The notes under the pieces are model-generated. The model was given only the letters and a program-made list of their open reading frames with translations. It made no database searches and had not been told where the DNA came from. This document shows, one piece after another, positions 45,092-55,197 of a stretch of 64,000 nucleotides of DNA. How positions within the stretch are numbered: the first letter of the stretch is position 1; each line of letters starts with the position of its first letter. The position numbers and the translations under genes were made by a program. Source of the stretch: Eubacteriales bacterium (GTDB lineage: Bacteria > Bacillota > Clostridia > Oscillospirales > CAG-272); assembly GCA_045632805.1 (NCBI GenBank), contig JAZQXI010000167.1, forward strand, positions 1,295 through 65,294, in the 5' to 3' direction.

Positions 45092-47722
45092 TTACTTCAG
45101 CATGCCTGCCAAAGTATCCTTGGCGGATGCGAGCGCTTCTGCGATTTTGGATGCGTCCTTGCCGCCTGCCATGGCGTTGTCGGGACGTCCGCCGCCCTTG
45201 CCGCCGGTAACCGAAGCGACTGCGCCGACCAGCTTTCCGGCATGTGCGCCTGCGCTGACCGCCGCCTTGCCCGCCACCGCGAGGAAGTTGAGCTTGCCGT
45301 CTGCATTGGTTGCAAGGACTGCTACGATATCGTCGTATCTTGCTTTCAGCTCGTCTGCAAGCGTTCTTGCAGTGTCAGCCTGCATCTCGCCGAGGTCCAC
45401 TGCGACAAGACGGACAGCGCCAACGCTCTCGGCGCCTGCAAGAATGGAATCCAGCTTGGAAGCCGCGATCTTAGCCCCCAGTGCCTCGATCTCTTTCTTC
45501 ATAGCACTGATCTCGCTTTGGAGTTGGGATGCACGCTTGGAAAGATCGGCGGGCTTTTGTACCTTAAGCTCTTTTGCGGTCTCGGCGATCAGTGCATTCT
45601 TTTCTGCCAACAGCTTAAGAATCCCTTCGCCCGTGGTTGCTTCGATGCGGCGTACGCCTGCGGCAACGGAGGACTCGGAAAGGATCTTGAAGAGCCCGAT
45701 CTTTGCGGTGTTATCCACGTGCGTACCACCGCAGAATTCCACGGAATTTTCGCCCATGCGGACAACGCGAACGATCTTGCCGTACTTTTCACCGAACAAA
45801 GCCATGGCGCCCAGCTTCTTTGCCTCGTCAATGGGCATTTCGGTCATCGAACCGATTCTGCCCGCAAGGATCTCTTCGTTGATGATTGCCTCGACGCGAG
45901 CGATCTCCTCCGGGGTCATTGCGGCAAAGTGGGTAAAGTCAAAGCGACATACGCTGTCGGAAACGTACGAGCCGGACTGCTCGACGTGAGAGCCGAGCAC
46001 GCGGCGCAATGCGCTCTGAAGAAGGTGGCACGCCGAGTGATTTCTCATGATTGCCAAGCGGCGAGCAGAATCGACCGATGCGGTTACTCTGTCACCGACC
46101 TTTACACTGCCCGACACAACGGTGCAGAGATGGATATAGACGCCGTCAGTCTTCTTGGTGTCGGTCACGGTCAGTTCCGCCGAAGCGGTCTTGATCACAC
46201 CCGTGTCACCGATCTGACCGCCGCCTTCACCGTAGAAGGGAGTGGTATCAAGGATGACGGAGCATTCGCCCTCGCTGATGGTGTCTGCCGATTCCTCGTC
46301 GGTCAAAATTGCCAGTACGGTTGCTTCGGAGGTGAGATTTTCATAGCCGACGAATGCCGTTGCGGGAAGTCCCGTCAACAGTGTTTTGGAGGCGTTGGAC
46401 CAACCGCTGATGTTGGCACGTGCCTCGCGTGCGCGCACTTTCTGCTCCTGCATCAGGGTCGCAAAGCGCTCCTCGTCAATGGAAAGACCTGCCTCTTCCG
46501 CGATCTCGCGGGTCAGGTCGATGGGGAAGCCGAAGGTATCGTAAAGCTTGAATACGTCCTCGCCGGACAGGGTAGTCGCATTTGCATTCTTTGCGTCCTC
46601 GATCATTGTGCCGAGAATGGAAAGACCCGAGTCGATGGTCGCGTCAAAACGCTCCTCTTCCATGGAAATAACCTTGAGGATATAATCCTTCTTTTCCGCA
46701 AGCTCGGGATATGCGCCCTCGGATTCACCGATTGCGACAAGACCCAATTCGGGCAGGAAGGAGCGGTTGATGCCAAGGAGGTTTCCGTGGCGGCAAGCGC
46801 GGCGCAGGATGCGGCGAAGCACGTATCCGCGACCCTCGTTGGAGGGGATAACGCCGTCGGAAATCATAAAGGTTGCGGAACGGATATGGTCGGTGACCAC
46901 GCGGATGGAGATGTCGGTGTTCTTGTCCTTACCGTACTCCTTGCCCGCGATGGCGCAGACGTTGTCCAATACCTTGCGGATGGTGTCAACCTCGAACATG
47001 TTGTTTACACCCTGCATGACGCATGCCAGACGCTCCAGACCCATACCGGTATCGATGTTCTTTTGCGCCAATTCGGTGTAGGTGCCGTCGCCCATGTTGT
47101 TAAACTGGGAGAAGACGTTGTTCCAGATTTCCATAAAGCGGTCGCAATCGCAACCGGGCTTACAATCGGGAGAGCCGCAGCCGTACTTGATGCCACGGTC
47201 AAAATAGATCTCGGAGCAAGGTCCGCAGGGACCGGTTCCATGCTCCCAGAAGTTGTGCGCCTTACCAAGGCGCACGATGTGAGCGGGGTTGGCGCCGACC
47301 TTGTTGACCCAGATGCCGTACGGTTCCTCGTCCTCCTCGTAAATAGAGGGCCAGAGAAGATCGGTGGGGATCTCGAGGGTCTCGGTCAAAAATTCCCAAG
47401 CCCACGGAATGGCTTCTTCCTTGAAATAGTCGCCAAAGGAGAAGTTTCCGAGCATTTCGAAAAACGTGCCGTGACGTGCGGTGTGACCGACGCGCTCAAG
47501 GTCGGGCGTACGGATGCACTTCTGGCAGGTGGTAACGCGGTTACGCGGGGGCTCTTCCTCGCCCGTAAAGAACTTTTTCATCGGAGCCATGCCCGAGTTG
47601 ATGAGGAGGAGAGACTTATCGTTGATGGGGACCAGCGGATAAGAGGGCAGACGCAGATGTCCTTTGGATTCAAAGAACGAGAGATACTTCTCACGCAGGT
47701 CATTGAGAGATGTCCATTTCAT
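45092..47722 (-). CDS. alaS: Alanine--tRNA ligase
   Basis: The N-terminus reads MKWTSLNDLREKYLSFFESKGHLRLPS. FFEMLGNFSFGDYFK and the editing-domain HxxxH/CxxxH motifs are present, with a C-terminal DHHA1-like GGKGGGRPDNAMAGG. The ORF-track start was trimmed to ATG 47722. Confidence 0.95.
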   Translation of the reverse strand: MKWTSLNDLREKYLSFFESKGHLRLPSYPLVPINDKSLLLINSGMAPMKKFFTGEEEPPRNRVTTCQKCIRTPDLERVGHTARHGTFFEMLGNFSFGDYFKEEAIPWAWEFLTETLEIPTDLLWPSIYEEDEEPYGIWVNKVGANPAHIVRLGKAHNFWEHGTGPCGPCSEIYFDRGIKYGCGSPDCKPGCDCDRFMEIWNNVFSQFNNMGDGTYTELAQKNIDTGMGLERLACVMQGVNNMFEVDTIRKVLDNVCAIAGKEYGKDKNTDISIRVVTDHIRSATFMISDGVIPSNEGRGYVLRRILRRACRHGNLLGINRSFLPELGLVAIGESEGAYPELAEKKDYILKVISMEEERFDATIDSGLSILGTMIEDAKNANATTLSGEDVFKLYDTFGFPIDLTREIAEEAGLSIDEERFATLMQEQKVRAREARANISGWSNASKTLLTGLPATAFVGYENLTSEATVLAILTDEESADTISEGECSVILDTTPFYGEGGGQIGDTGVIKTASAELTVTDTKKTDGVYIHLCTVVSGSVKVGDRVTASVDSARRLAIMRNHSACHLLQSALRRVLGSHVEQSGSYVSDSVCRFDFTHFAAMTPEEIARVEAIINEEILAGRIGSMTEMPIDEAKKLGAMALFGEKYGKIVRVVRMGENSVEFCGGTHVDNTAKIGLFKILSESSVAAGVRRIEATTGEGILKLLAEKNALIAETAKELKVQKPADLSKRASQLQSEISAMKKEIEALGAKIAASKLDSILAGAESVGAVRLVAVDLGEMQADTARTLADELKARYDDIVAVLATNADGKLNFLAVAGKAAVSAGAHAGKLVGAVASVTGGKGGGRPDNAMAGGKDASKIAEALASAKDTLAGMLK

Positions 47723-47765
47723 AACGATCGATCCTTTCGGTGATTTTACTTCAAAATTACATATT

Positions 47766-47794
47766 AGTATATCATAAAAACGGGATTCTGTCAA
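47766..47794 (-). promoter_or_regulatory. alaS promoter
   Basis: On the minus strand, TTGACA, a 17-nt spacer, then TATACT with upstream TG. The leader is short (~45 nt). Confidence 0.6.
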
Positions 47795-47849
47795 TCGTTT
47801 GTATAAAAAAATTAAAAAAGAGCCTTTCGCGGCAGACTCGAAAAAGAGA

Positions 47850-47878
47850 TTGACACGGATCGCTTTCTGTGATATAAT
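47850..47878 (+). promoter_or_regulatory. Promoter of the acidic lipoprotein gene (divergent from alaS)
   Basis: TTGACA, a 17-nt spacer, then TATAAT. Confidence 0.6.
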
Positions 47879-47923
47879 GATCCTATACAATCAATGCTTT
47901 TGATCGCAAAGGAGATTTTCAAT

Positions 47924-48220
47924 ATGAAACGCTTTTTGATTCTTTTTTTGGCACTGTGTATGACGGTTTGCTTCTCGGCTTGCACCGATCCCGCCGAGGA
48001 AACAACGACGGGTGACGACAATATCCCACCTTTGGCAGAAAATCAGGATCCGGACGATCCTTTGGACGGCGAAGCGGACGGTGATAAGGAGCCGGATCAA
48101 GGAGGCGATGAAAACGGCAACACCGAAGAGGACGGAGAGAATGGAAACGCAGACGGCGAAGAAGGAACCACGAAAAAGCCGGATGGCACGGTGGAATTGC
48201 CGAAGGTCCCGTTGAAATAA
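47924..48220 (+). CDS. Small, highly acidic, low-complexity lipoprotein
   Basis: The signal peptide carries the lipobox FSAC and is followed by a D/E/G/N-rich disordered region. ATG 47924 sits 9 nt after AAAGGAG. Confidence 0.55.
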   Translation: MKRFLILFLALCMTVCFSACTDPAEETTTGDDNIPPLAENQDPDDPLDGEADGDKEPDQGGDENGNTEEDGENGNADGEEGTTKKPDGTVELPKVPLK

Positions 48221-48412
48221 CAAATCAGTAAGGGGTGTTTCAAATGTGTTCCGCATTTGGGCGCCCCTCTGCTTGTTTTCCAAGGGAAAAGGGGAATACT
48301 CATTCTTGACAAACGGTATAAAATATGATACAATCATGCTATAGAAATTTTGAAAGCGGCAGGGAAAGGAGATTGTTCGTTCGTCTCCTTTTTCCTGCTT
48401 GATAGGAGCAGT

Positions 48413-50938
48413 ATGAAGAAAAAACTACTTGCCATCGATGGCAACAGTATTCTCAATCGCGCGTTTTACGGTATCCGCCCCTTGACTACCAAGGACGGCT
48501 TTCCCACAAACGCCCTCTATGGGCTTGTGACGATGATCTCGCGGCAGGCAGAGACGCTCTCTCCCGACTATTGCGCGGTGGCATTCGATCTCAAAGCCCC
48601 CACCTTCCGCCATAAAATGTACGATGCCTACAAAGCCGGGCGCAAGCCGATGCCTGAGGAGCTTGCACAGCAGTTTCCCGTGGCAAAGGAACTTTTGGCG
48701 GCGATGGGCTATCACGTTTTGGAATTGGAAGGGTACGAGGCAGACGATATTCTCGGTACGCTTGGGCAGATGTGCGCGAACGAGGATGCCGAGGCGTATT
48801 TAATGACGGGTGACCGTGACGCGCTCCAATTGATCGGTCAGAACGTACATGTTTTGCTTGCCACCAACAACGAAACAGTGGACATGGATGAGGAAAAATT
48901 TATGGACAAGTACGGCGTGCCGTCCTCTTCGTTTGTCGATGTCAAGGCTTTGATGGGAGATAGCTCCGACAATATCCCCGGTGTCCCCGGAATCGGTGAA
49001 AAGACAGCGCTGAAACTCATCTCGGAGTTTGGAAGCCTTGACGGCGTCTACGAGCAGCTCCCTGTGGCAAAGCATACGCCATCGGTAAGAGCAAAGCTGG
49101 AAAACGGACGCGACAGCGCCTATCTTTCACAAGAATTGGCACGCATTTGCCGAACAGTCCCCGTGAATCGCTCCTTGGAGAGCATGACTCCCGCCCCCGA
49201 CCGTGCGGCGATGAAGGCGCTGTTTTTGCGTTTGGAGTTTTCCGCCTTTCTTAAGCGCTTTGCGCTTGACGGTGAGGAGGAAACGGTTTCGGTTGAACAG
49301 ACCGAAACGGCATGGGAAGAAAAAACGGTCAGCGCACAAGAATTATTCGAAGCGCTTGCCGACTGTGCTGCGGTTGCCTTTGATTTTGACGACAAGTCCG
49401 CACTCTTTTTTGACGGTGCAACGCTGTATCGCTGTGATGCGCCGATGTCCGCTCTTGCACAGGGGTTGAACAACAAGACTCTTGTTTGTTATGACAGTAA
49501 AACGCTTTATAAAACGCCGAGCCTTGGCGGCTTGGAGAAATGTCGACTCTATGACCTGATGCTGGGCGCGTATCTTGCAAACTCCTCCAAGAGCAATTTT
49601 GAGCTTTCCACCTTGATCTCGGATTATCTCGGTGAGCTTTCGCGCGAATCGGTGCCTGCCGTCACGTATTATCTGCGCCTGTACGCTCCCATTGCCGAAA
49701 AGCTGGAGGAAAGCGGGCAGGATGCTTTGATGGAAACGATCGAGATGCCGCTCGCCCGTGTTCTGGCTTCGATGGAGACGGCGGGATTTCGCATTGACCG
49801 CGAAGGGATCGCGGCATATGGAGAACAGCTCTCGGCGGTGGCGGAGCAATTGGAAGCGCGGATCTATTTCCACGCGGGAACGGCGTTCAACATCAATTCT
49901 CCCAAGCAGTTGGGAGAGGTGCTGTTTGATACCTTAAAGCTTCCACATGCCAAAAAGACCAAGACGGGGTACTCGACCAATGCGGAGATCTTGGAAAAGC
50001 TCCGACCCTATCACGAGATCATCGGGGATATTCTTGACTACCGTCAGGTCACAAAGCTCAAGAGCACCTACACCGATGGGCTTCTGAAGCTCGCGGACGA
50101 AAACGGACGCGTGCATACGCATTTCAAGCAGACGGGTACGGCTACGGGGCGTCTTTCCTCCACCGAGCCAAATCTCCAAAACATTCCCGTCAGGACCGAG
50201 CTGGGGCGTGAATTGCGCCGCTTCTTCCTGCCCGAAAACGGTGATTACGTCATCGTTGACGCCGATTATTCCCAAATCGAGCTTCGTCTTTTGGCGCACG
50301 TGTCGGGAGATCGCAACATGATCGATGCCTTTTGTAACGGCGCTGATATTCACACCTCCACGGCGGCAACCGTATTCGGTGTTCCCGAGAACGAGGTGAC
50401 GGGAGATATGCGTAAAAAGGCAAAGGCGGTCAACTTTGGAATCATGTACGGCATTGGCGCGTTCTCTTTGTCGGATGACATCGGTACGTCCCGCGCCGAA
50501 GCGCAGGCGTATATCGATCAGTATCTTGCGAGCTATCCTTCCATTGACGCGTATCTGAAAAACGTCATCAAAGAGGGATACCGCGACGGCTTTGTGACCA
50601 CGCTGTTCGGTCGCCGCCGCTATATTCCCGAATTGCACGGTACCAATAAGATGCAACAAAAGTTTGGTGAGCGCGTGGCAATGAACAGTCCTATTCAAGG
50701 AACTGCCGCCGACATCATCAAGCTGGCAATGATCCGCGTGCATGCGCGTTTGCTTGCCGAGGGCTTGGATGCGCGATTGATTTTGCAGGTACACGATGAG
50801 TTGCTGATCGAAGCGCACAGGGATTGCGCGGAGCGTGCGCGTTTGATCCTGAAGGAAGAAATGGAGAACGCGGTGCAATATTCGGTTCCTCTTGACGTCG
50901 ATATTCACGTTGGAAACAACTGGTTTGAGGCAAAATAA
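48413..50938 (+). CDS. polA: DNA polymerase I
   Basis: The 5'-nuclease N-terminus reads LLAIDGNSILNRAFYG, with GDSSDNIPGVPGIGEKTA. Polymerase motif A is DYSQIELR, motif B is RKKAKAVNFGIMYG and motif C is QVHDEL. ATG 48413. Confidence 0.95.
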   Translation: MKKKLLAIDGNSILNRAFYGIRPLTTKDGFPTNALYGLVTMISRQAETLSPDYCAVAFDLKAPTFRHKMYDAYKAGRKPMPEELAQQFPVAKELLAAMGYHVLELEGYEADDILGTLGQMCANEDAEAYLMTGDRDALQLIGQNVHVLLATNNETVDMDEEKFMDKYGVPSSSFVDVKALMGDSSDNIPGVPGIGEKTALKLISEFGSLDGVYEQLPVAKHTPSVRAKLENGRDSAYLSQELARICRTVPVNRSLESMTPAPDRAAMKALFLRLEFSAFLKRFALDGEEETVSVEQTETAWEEKTVSAQELFEALADCAAVAFDFDDKSALFFDGATLYRCDAPMSALAQGLNNKTLVCYDSKTLYKTPSLGGLEKCRLYDLMLGAYLANSSKSNFELSTLISDYLGELSRESVPAVTYYLRLYAPIAEKLEESGQDALMETIEMPLARVLASMETAGFRIDREGIAAYGEQLSAVAEQLEARIYFHAGTAFNINSPKQLGEVLFDTLKLPHAKKTKTGYSTNAEILEKLRPYHEIIGDILDYRQVTKLKSTYTDGLLKLADENGRVHTHFKQTGTATGRLSSTEPNLQNIPVRTELGRELRRFFLPENGDYVIVDADYSQIELRLLAHVSGDRNMIDAFCNGADIHTSTAATVFGVPENEVTGDMRKKAKAVNFGIMYGIGAFSLSDDIGTSRAEAQAYIDQYLASYPSIDAYLKNVIKEGYRDGFVTTLFGRRRYIPELHGTNKMQQKFGERVAMNSPIQGTAADIIKLAMIRVHARLLAEGLDARLILQVHDELLIEAHRDCAERARLILKEEMENAVQYSVPLDVDIHVGNNWFEAK

Positions 50939-51019
50939 GGATTATTTTAGAATAAGAATTAGAATCATTCCGAAAAAGTTAGAAAAATAAGTTAAAATGA
51001 TCATGGAAAGGAGAGACGG

Positions 51020-53446
51020 ATGCGATACGATATCAAAAAAGCGGCGGCTGTGCTGTCGGTCAAAGAGCTGTGTGCCTATGCGCTTGGCGGCGGAGATCTG
51101 GATCTGCGCCACGGTGCTTTGCGTGCGTCTCTCTTTGAACGTGCCGCAGCGGGGGCGGAGATTCACCGCAAGCTACAGAGAGAGGCAGGGGCGGAGTATT
51201 CGCCCGAGGTTTCTCTTTCGCACACCCTCCTCTACGGGGGGATCACTTATGAGATCAGCGGACGCGCGGACGGCGTGATCCGCACGGAGCCTATCACTGT
51301 GGACGAGATCAAGACCGTGAGCGGCAGAGCTTTTGATCTGCCACCGGCACCGATGCATGACGCGCAAGTCAAATGCTATGCCTATTTTTTGTGCTGTCAA
51401 AAGAATCTGGAGCGTATTCGCACACGCTTGACGTATTATCGCACCGATGACGGGAAGATCAAGCATTTGGAGACAGAACACACGCGTGCAGAGCTGGAAG
51501 AGTTCTTTTTGATGCTCCTTTCGCGCGTGCAATACCGCGCACAGATCTTGTGCGAACGTGAAACCGTGCTTTTGCCCTCTGCCGCGGGGAGCGGATTTCC
51601 GTACTCCTCGGTGCGAGAGGGACAGGATATTTTGATCAAGGAGTGCTATCGGGACATCCGCGCGGGGAAGCGCTTGTTTGCCGAGGCGCCCACGGGGATC
51701 GGTAAAACCGTTTCCACCCTTTATCCCGCAATCAGAGCCTTGGGCGAGGGGCATTGCGACAAGATCTTTTACCTGACCGCAAAGGCGGCGACAAGACGCG
51801 AGGCTTTTTTGGCGGCACAGAAGATTTTTGAAGGTGGGGCGCATCTGCGCACGGTGGTTTTGACCGCGCGTGACCAGATTTGTCCCAACGAAGTCGCCAA
51901 ACGTGACCCCGCGGGGCTTTCCCGCCATTGCAATCCTATGGATTGCCCACGTGCCAAGCAATTCTATGATAAATGCCCCACGGCGGTGTGTGAGCTTCTT
52001 TCCCAACAAAGCGGATATAGCCGACGAAGCGTGGAAGAAACGGCGGAGAAATTCGGCATCTGCCCGTATGAGTTCCAATTGGAGCTTTCGGAGTTCTGCG
52101 ATACTGTAATCTGCGATTATAACTACGTATTTGATCCGCAGGTCTATCTGCGCCGCTATTTTTCGGATGATGCGGTGGGGAGCGGACGGTACGTGCTTTT
52201 GGTGGACGAGGCGCATAACCTTGCCGATCGCGCACGATCGATGTATTCGGCGGATCTGATCAATACCGATATTACATCCGTGATTTCGCTACTCGATGAG
52301 GGCGATGAGGTGCGTATGTCCTTGGAAAAAATGGGCGTGACGCTTTACGGCTTGCGCCGTCTTTGTCGCGATACGTTGGAAAAGGACGAAAACGGCGTGG
52401 AGCGCGGTTATTATCTCAATCACGGTCCGATGGATCGCTTGTTTGAGGAGATTGCGGCATTGCGCAAGCAACTGGATTCCTGGCTTCGAACGCACGCGAC
52501 ACATCCTGCCGAGGTTGCAATTTACGTGCTTTGCGGTAAGCTCAAGCGATTTGAGGTCATTTCCGAATATTTTGACAATTCCTTTTTGACCTTTATCGAG
52601 CTTGAGGGAGAGAAGCGAACGGTGCGCCTGATCTGTCTTGACCCCTCGCGTGTATTGGACGCGAGAATGCACCGCGCGCATGCGGCAGTGTTGTTTTCGG
52701 CAACTCTGACGCCGCCCGATTATTTTGCTGATATTCTTGGCGGCGGGCGGGATGCGGTTCGTATTTCGCTGCCGTCTCCCTTTGACACCGAAAACCTGTG
52801 CCTTGCGGCGGTGACGGGGGTCAGCACGCGATATGAGGATCGGGAAAAGTCCTACAAAAAGATTGTAAGCCTTATTGCCGCAACGGTTTCGGCAAAGCGG
52901 GGAAATTACATCGTGTATTTTCCTTCGTATGAATATATGGAAAAGGTTGCGGAGCTGTTTGCCTTGAAATACTCAACCGTATCGCTGATTCGGCAGACTC
53001 GTGGGATGAGTGCCGCCGAGAAGGAGCATTTTTTAGATGCGTTTGCTGACGATGGCAAGCTTCGCGTCGGTTTTTGCGTGCTTGGCGGTTCCTTTTCCGA
53101 GGGTGTGGATCTGCCGGGCGGGCGTTTGATCGGTACCGTAATTGTTGGAACGGGGCTTCCCGGCATCTCCAACGAACGCAACATTCTACGGGATCATTAT
53201 GAGAGCACGCGGGAACGCGGCTACGATTATGCCTACGTTTATCCCGGCATGAATCGCGTTTTCCAGGCGGCGGGACGGGTCATTCGTCGCGAAAAAGATC
53301 GCGGTGTCGTGGTTCTGATCGACGACAGATATGCCGATCCGCGTACACAAGGAATTTTTCCGGAACACTGGAATCACATCGAATATGCAGGAAATTCCTT
53401 TGAACTTGCAGAAATTGCGCGAGAATTTTGGGAAAAATTCAAATAA
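51020..53446 (+). CDS. XPD/DinG-family Fe-S DNA helicase with an N-terminal PD-(D/E)xK (RecB/Cas4-like) nuclease domain
   Basis: The nuclease motifs are GAEIHRKLQ, SGRADGVI, VDEIKT and QVKCYAYF. Walker A is APTGIGKT and the DEAH box is LLVDEAHNL. A four-Cys cluster (CPNE..C..C..C) lies between them. The C-terminus reads AAGRVIRREKDRGVVVLIDDRY. Confidence 0.8.
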   Translation: MRYDIKKAAAVLSVKELCAYALGGGDLDLRHGALRASLFERAAAGAEIHRKLQREAGAEYSPEVSLSHTLLYGGITYEISGRADGVIRTEPITVDEIKTVSGRAFDLPPAPMHDAQVKCYAYFLCCQKNLERIRTRLTYYRTDDGKIKHLETEHTRAELEEFFLMLLSRVQYRAQILCERETVLLPSAAGSGFPYSSVREGQDILIKECYRDIRAGKRLFAEAPTGIGKTVSTLYPAIRALGEGHCDKIFYLTAKAATRREAFLAAQKIFEGGAHLRTVVLTARDQICPNEVAKRDPAGLSRHCNPMDCPRAKQFYDKCPTAVCELLSQQSGYSRRSVEETAEKFGICPYEFQLELSEFCDTVICDYNYVFDPQVYLRRYFSDDAVGSGRYVLLVDEAHNLADRARSMYSADLINTDITSVISLLDEGDEVRMSLEKMGVTLYGLRRLCRDTLEKDENGVERGYYLNHGPMDRLFEEIAALRKQLDSWLRTHATHPAEVAIYVLCGKLKRFEVISEYFDNSFLTFIELEGEKRTVRLICLDPSRVLDARMHRAHAAVLFSATLTPPDYFADILGGGRDAVRISLPSPFDTENLCLAAVTGVSTRYEDREKSYKKIVSLIAATVSAKRGNYIVYFPSYEYMEKVAELFALKYSTVSLIRQTRGMSAAEKEHFLDAFADDGKLRVGFCVLGGSFSEGVDLPGGRLIGTVIVGTGLPGISNERNILRDHYESTRERGYDYAYVYPGMNRVFQAAGRVIRREKDRGVVVLIDDRYADPRTQGIFPEHWNHIEYAGNSFELAEIAREFWEKFK

Positions 53447-53559
53447 TTTTATAAAAATGCAAGTTTTTTTCAAAAAAATGCAAAAAACATATTGCAATCC
53501 CGTTTTGAATATGATATACTGTTATACAGTTCGTTATGTTCAAAGGTAAGGAGACCGTT

Positions 53560-54861
53560 ATGATGGAATTTTCAAAAATGAGCCGCGAAGAATTACAGGC
53601 GCAGCTGGCGAACCTGCAAGAAGCGTATGAGGCGGCAAAGGCAAAAAAGCTTTCGTTGGATCTTTCGCGCGGAAAGCCGGGAGCGGAGCAGTTGGATCTG
53701 ATGCAGGGAATGCTCCATTGCATCGATTCCTCTTATGATTGCCGCACTGAGGATGGCTTTGATTGCCGCAACTATGGTGTGCTTGACGGCATCAAGGAGG
53801 CAAAGCGCCTCTTTTCGGAGCTGTTGAACATTCCCGAGGAAAAGCTTTTCATCGGCGGAAATTCCTCGCTCAACCTGATGTATGATGCGGTGGCGCGCGC
53901 AATGCTTTACGGTGTTTGCGACAGTGACCGCCCGTGGTGCCGTGAGGAAAAGATCAAGTTTATCTGTCCCGCGCCCGGTTATGACCGCCATTTTGCAATT
54001 TGTGAGTCTCTTGGAATTACGATGCTTCCCGTTGCCATGACCCCCACGGGTCCCGATATGGATACGGTGGAAAAGCTGGCGGCGTCTGACCCTGCGGTCA
54101 AAGGAATCTGGTGCTGTCCCAAGTATTCCAATCCGGACGGTATCACCTATTCCGATGAGACGGTACGCCGTTTTGGTGCGATGAAGACCGCCGCAAAGGA
54201 TTTCCGTATTTTCTGGGATAACGCTTATGCGGTGCATGATCTTTACTACGACCGTTACGATACGCTTGCCGATATTTTTGAGGCGTGCGAGCAGTACGGA
54301 AACGGAAACCGTGTATTCTATTTTGCCTCCACCTCCAAGATCTCGTTCCCGGGTTCCGGCGTTGCCATTATGGCGGCGTCGCGCGAAAATCTTGCGCAGA
54401 TCATGCCCATTATCGGCACGCAGACCATTGGGTTTGATAAGATCAATCAGCTCCGTCACGTTCGATATTTCGGTTCTGCTGAAAACGTGCTTCACCATAT
54501 GACCGAGCTTGCCGACATGATCCGCCCGAAATTCGAGGTGGTTTTAAACACTCTTGAAGAGGATCTGGGCGGCACGGGGGCGGCGCATTGGACCAACCCC
54601 AACGGCGGTTATTTTGTCAGTCTCTACGTGATGCCCGGATGCGCAAAGCGCACGTATGCGCTCTGCCGTGACGCGGGAGTCAAGCTGACCGACGTGGGAG
54701 CAACCTATCCCTATCGCTCCGATCCCTATGACAGCAATATTCGTATCGCGCCCACCTTCCCGAACAAAAAGAGCCTGCATCAGGCAATGTCGGTGCTGAC
54801 CCTTTGTGTACGGATCGCCGCGATCGAGCGTTTGCTTTCCGAAAACAACTGTTGCATGTAA
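53560..54861 (+). CDS. Class I/II-fold PLP-dependent aminotransferase (aspartate-aminotransferase-like, PF12897-type)
   Basis: The segment [17 protein letters not shown] is present, with the Lys region [13 protein letters not shown]. 433 aa from ATG 53560. Confidence 0.65.
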   Translation: MMEFSKMSREELQAQLANLQEAYEAAKAKKLSLDLSRGKPGAEQLDLMQGMLHCIDSSYDCRTEDGFDCRNYGVLDGIKEAKRLFSELLNIPEEKLFIGGNSSLNLMYDAVARAMLYGVCDSDRPWCREEKIKFICPAPGYDRHFAICESLGITMLPVAMTPTGPDMDTVEKLAASDPAVKGIWCCPKYSNPDGITYSDETVRRFGAMKTAAKDFRIFWDNAYAVHDLYYDRYDTLADIFEACEQYGNGNRVFYFASTSKISFPGSGVAIMAASRENLAQIMPIIGTQTIGFDKINQLRHVRYFGSAENVLHHMTELADMIRPKFEVVLNTLEEDLGGTGAAHWTNPNGGYFVSLYVMPGCAKRTYALCRDAGVKLTDVGATYPYRSDPYDSNIRIAPTFPNKKSLHQAMSVLTLCVRIAAIERLLSENNCCM

Positions 54862-54911
54862 GAAAAATTTAGGACGTTTATCAAAAAAGCTGCCGTTACC
54901 TCGGCAGCTTT

Positions 54912-55150
54912 TAGGTTACCGGCAGATTGCGAATCAACCGTTTCTCAAATCGCACAGATTTTTTAGCCGCTTTTCTTTTGAGCAAGTAGGCGCAAAAGAA
55001 AAGCTGACAAAAGAAAAGCGCCAAAGGGAATGTTTCGTCCTCTGCGGAGGACGAGGAGGGCTACGCGCCCTCCACCGCACCGCCTTTTGAAAAAGACGGG
55101 CGAAAACGTTTCCACATTGTGATCGAGCGAACCTTTTTGCTAACAATCTG
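54912..55150 (+). repeat. Structured intergenic repeat, copy 4 (divergent ends)
   Basis: Same three-hairpin core as the other copies. It is bracketed by the 26-bp direct repeat AAAGCTGCCGTTACCTCGGCAGCTTT at 54886-54911 and 55150-55175. Confidence 0.75.
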
Positions 55151-55197
55151 AAAGCTGCCGTTACCTCGGCAGCTTTCTTAAGTATGAGGAGGGCAAC

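Noticed and set aside
45242-47743. An 833-aa ORF on the plus strand.
   Set aside because: It is antisense to alaS, whose identity is unambiguous. It is a shadow ORF.
47723-47890. A T-box leader upstream of alaS.
   Set aside because: The promoter is only about 45 nt from the start codon. No specifier loop or T-box sequence (AGGGUGGUACCGCG-like) is present.
55151-55197. A yybP-ykoY (Mn2+) riboswitch upstream of the GDT1 transporter.
   Set aside because: Only 23 nt separate the duplicated hairpin from the start codon. No four-way-junction consensus is visible upstream, where the sequence is the repeat element.
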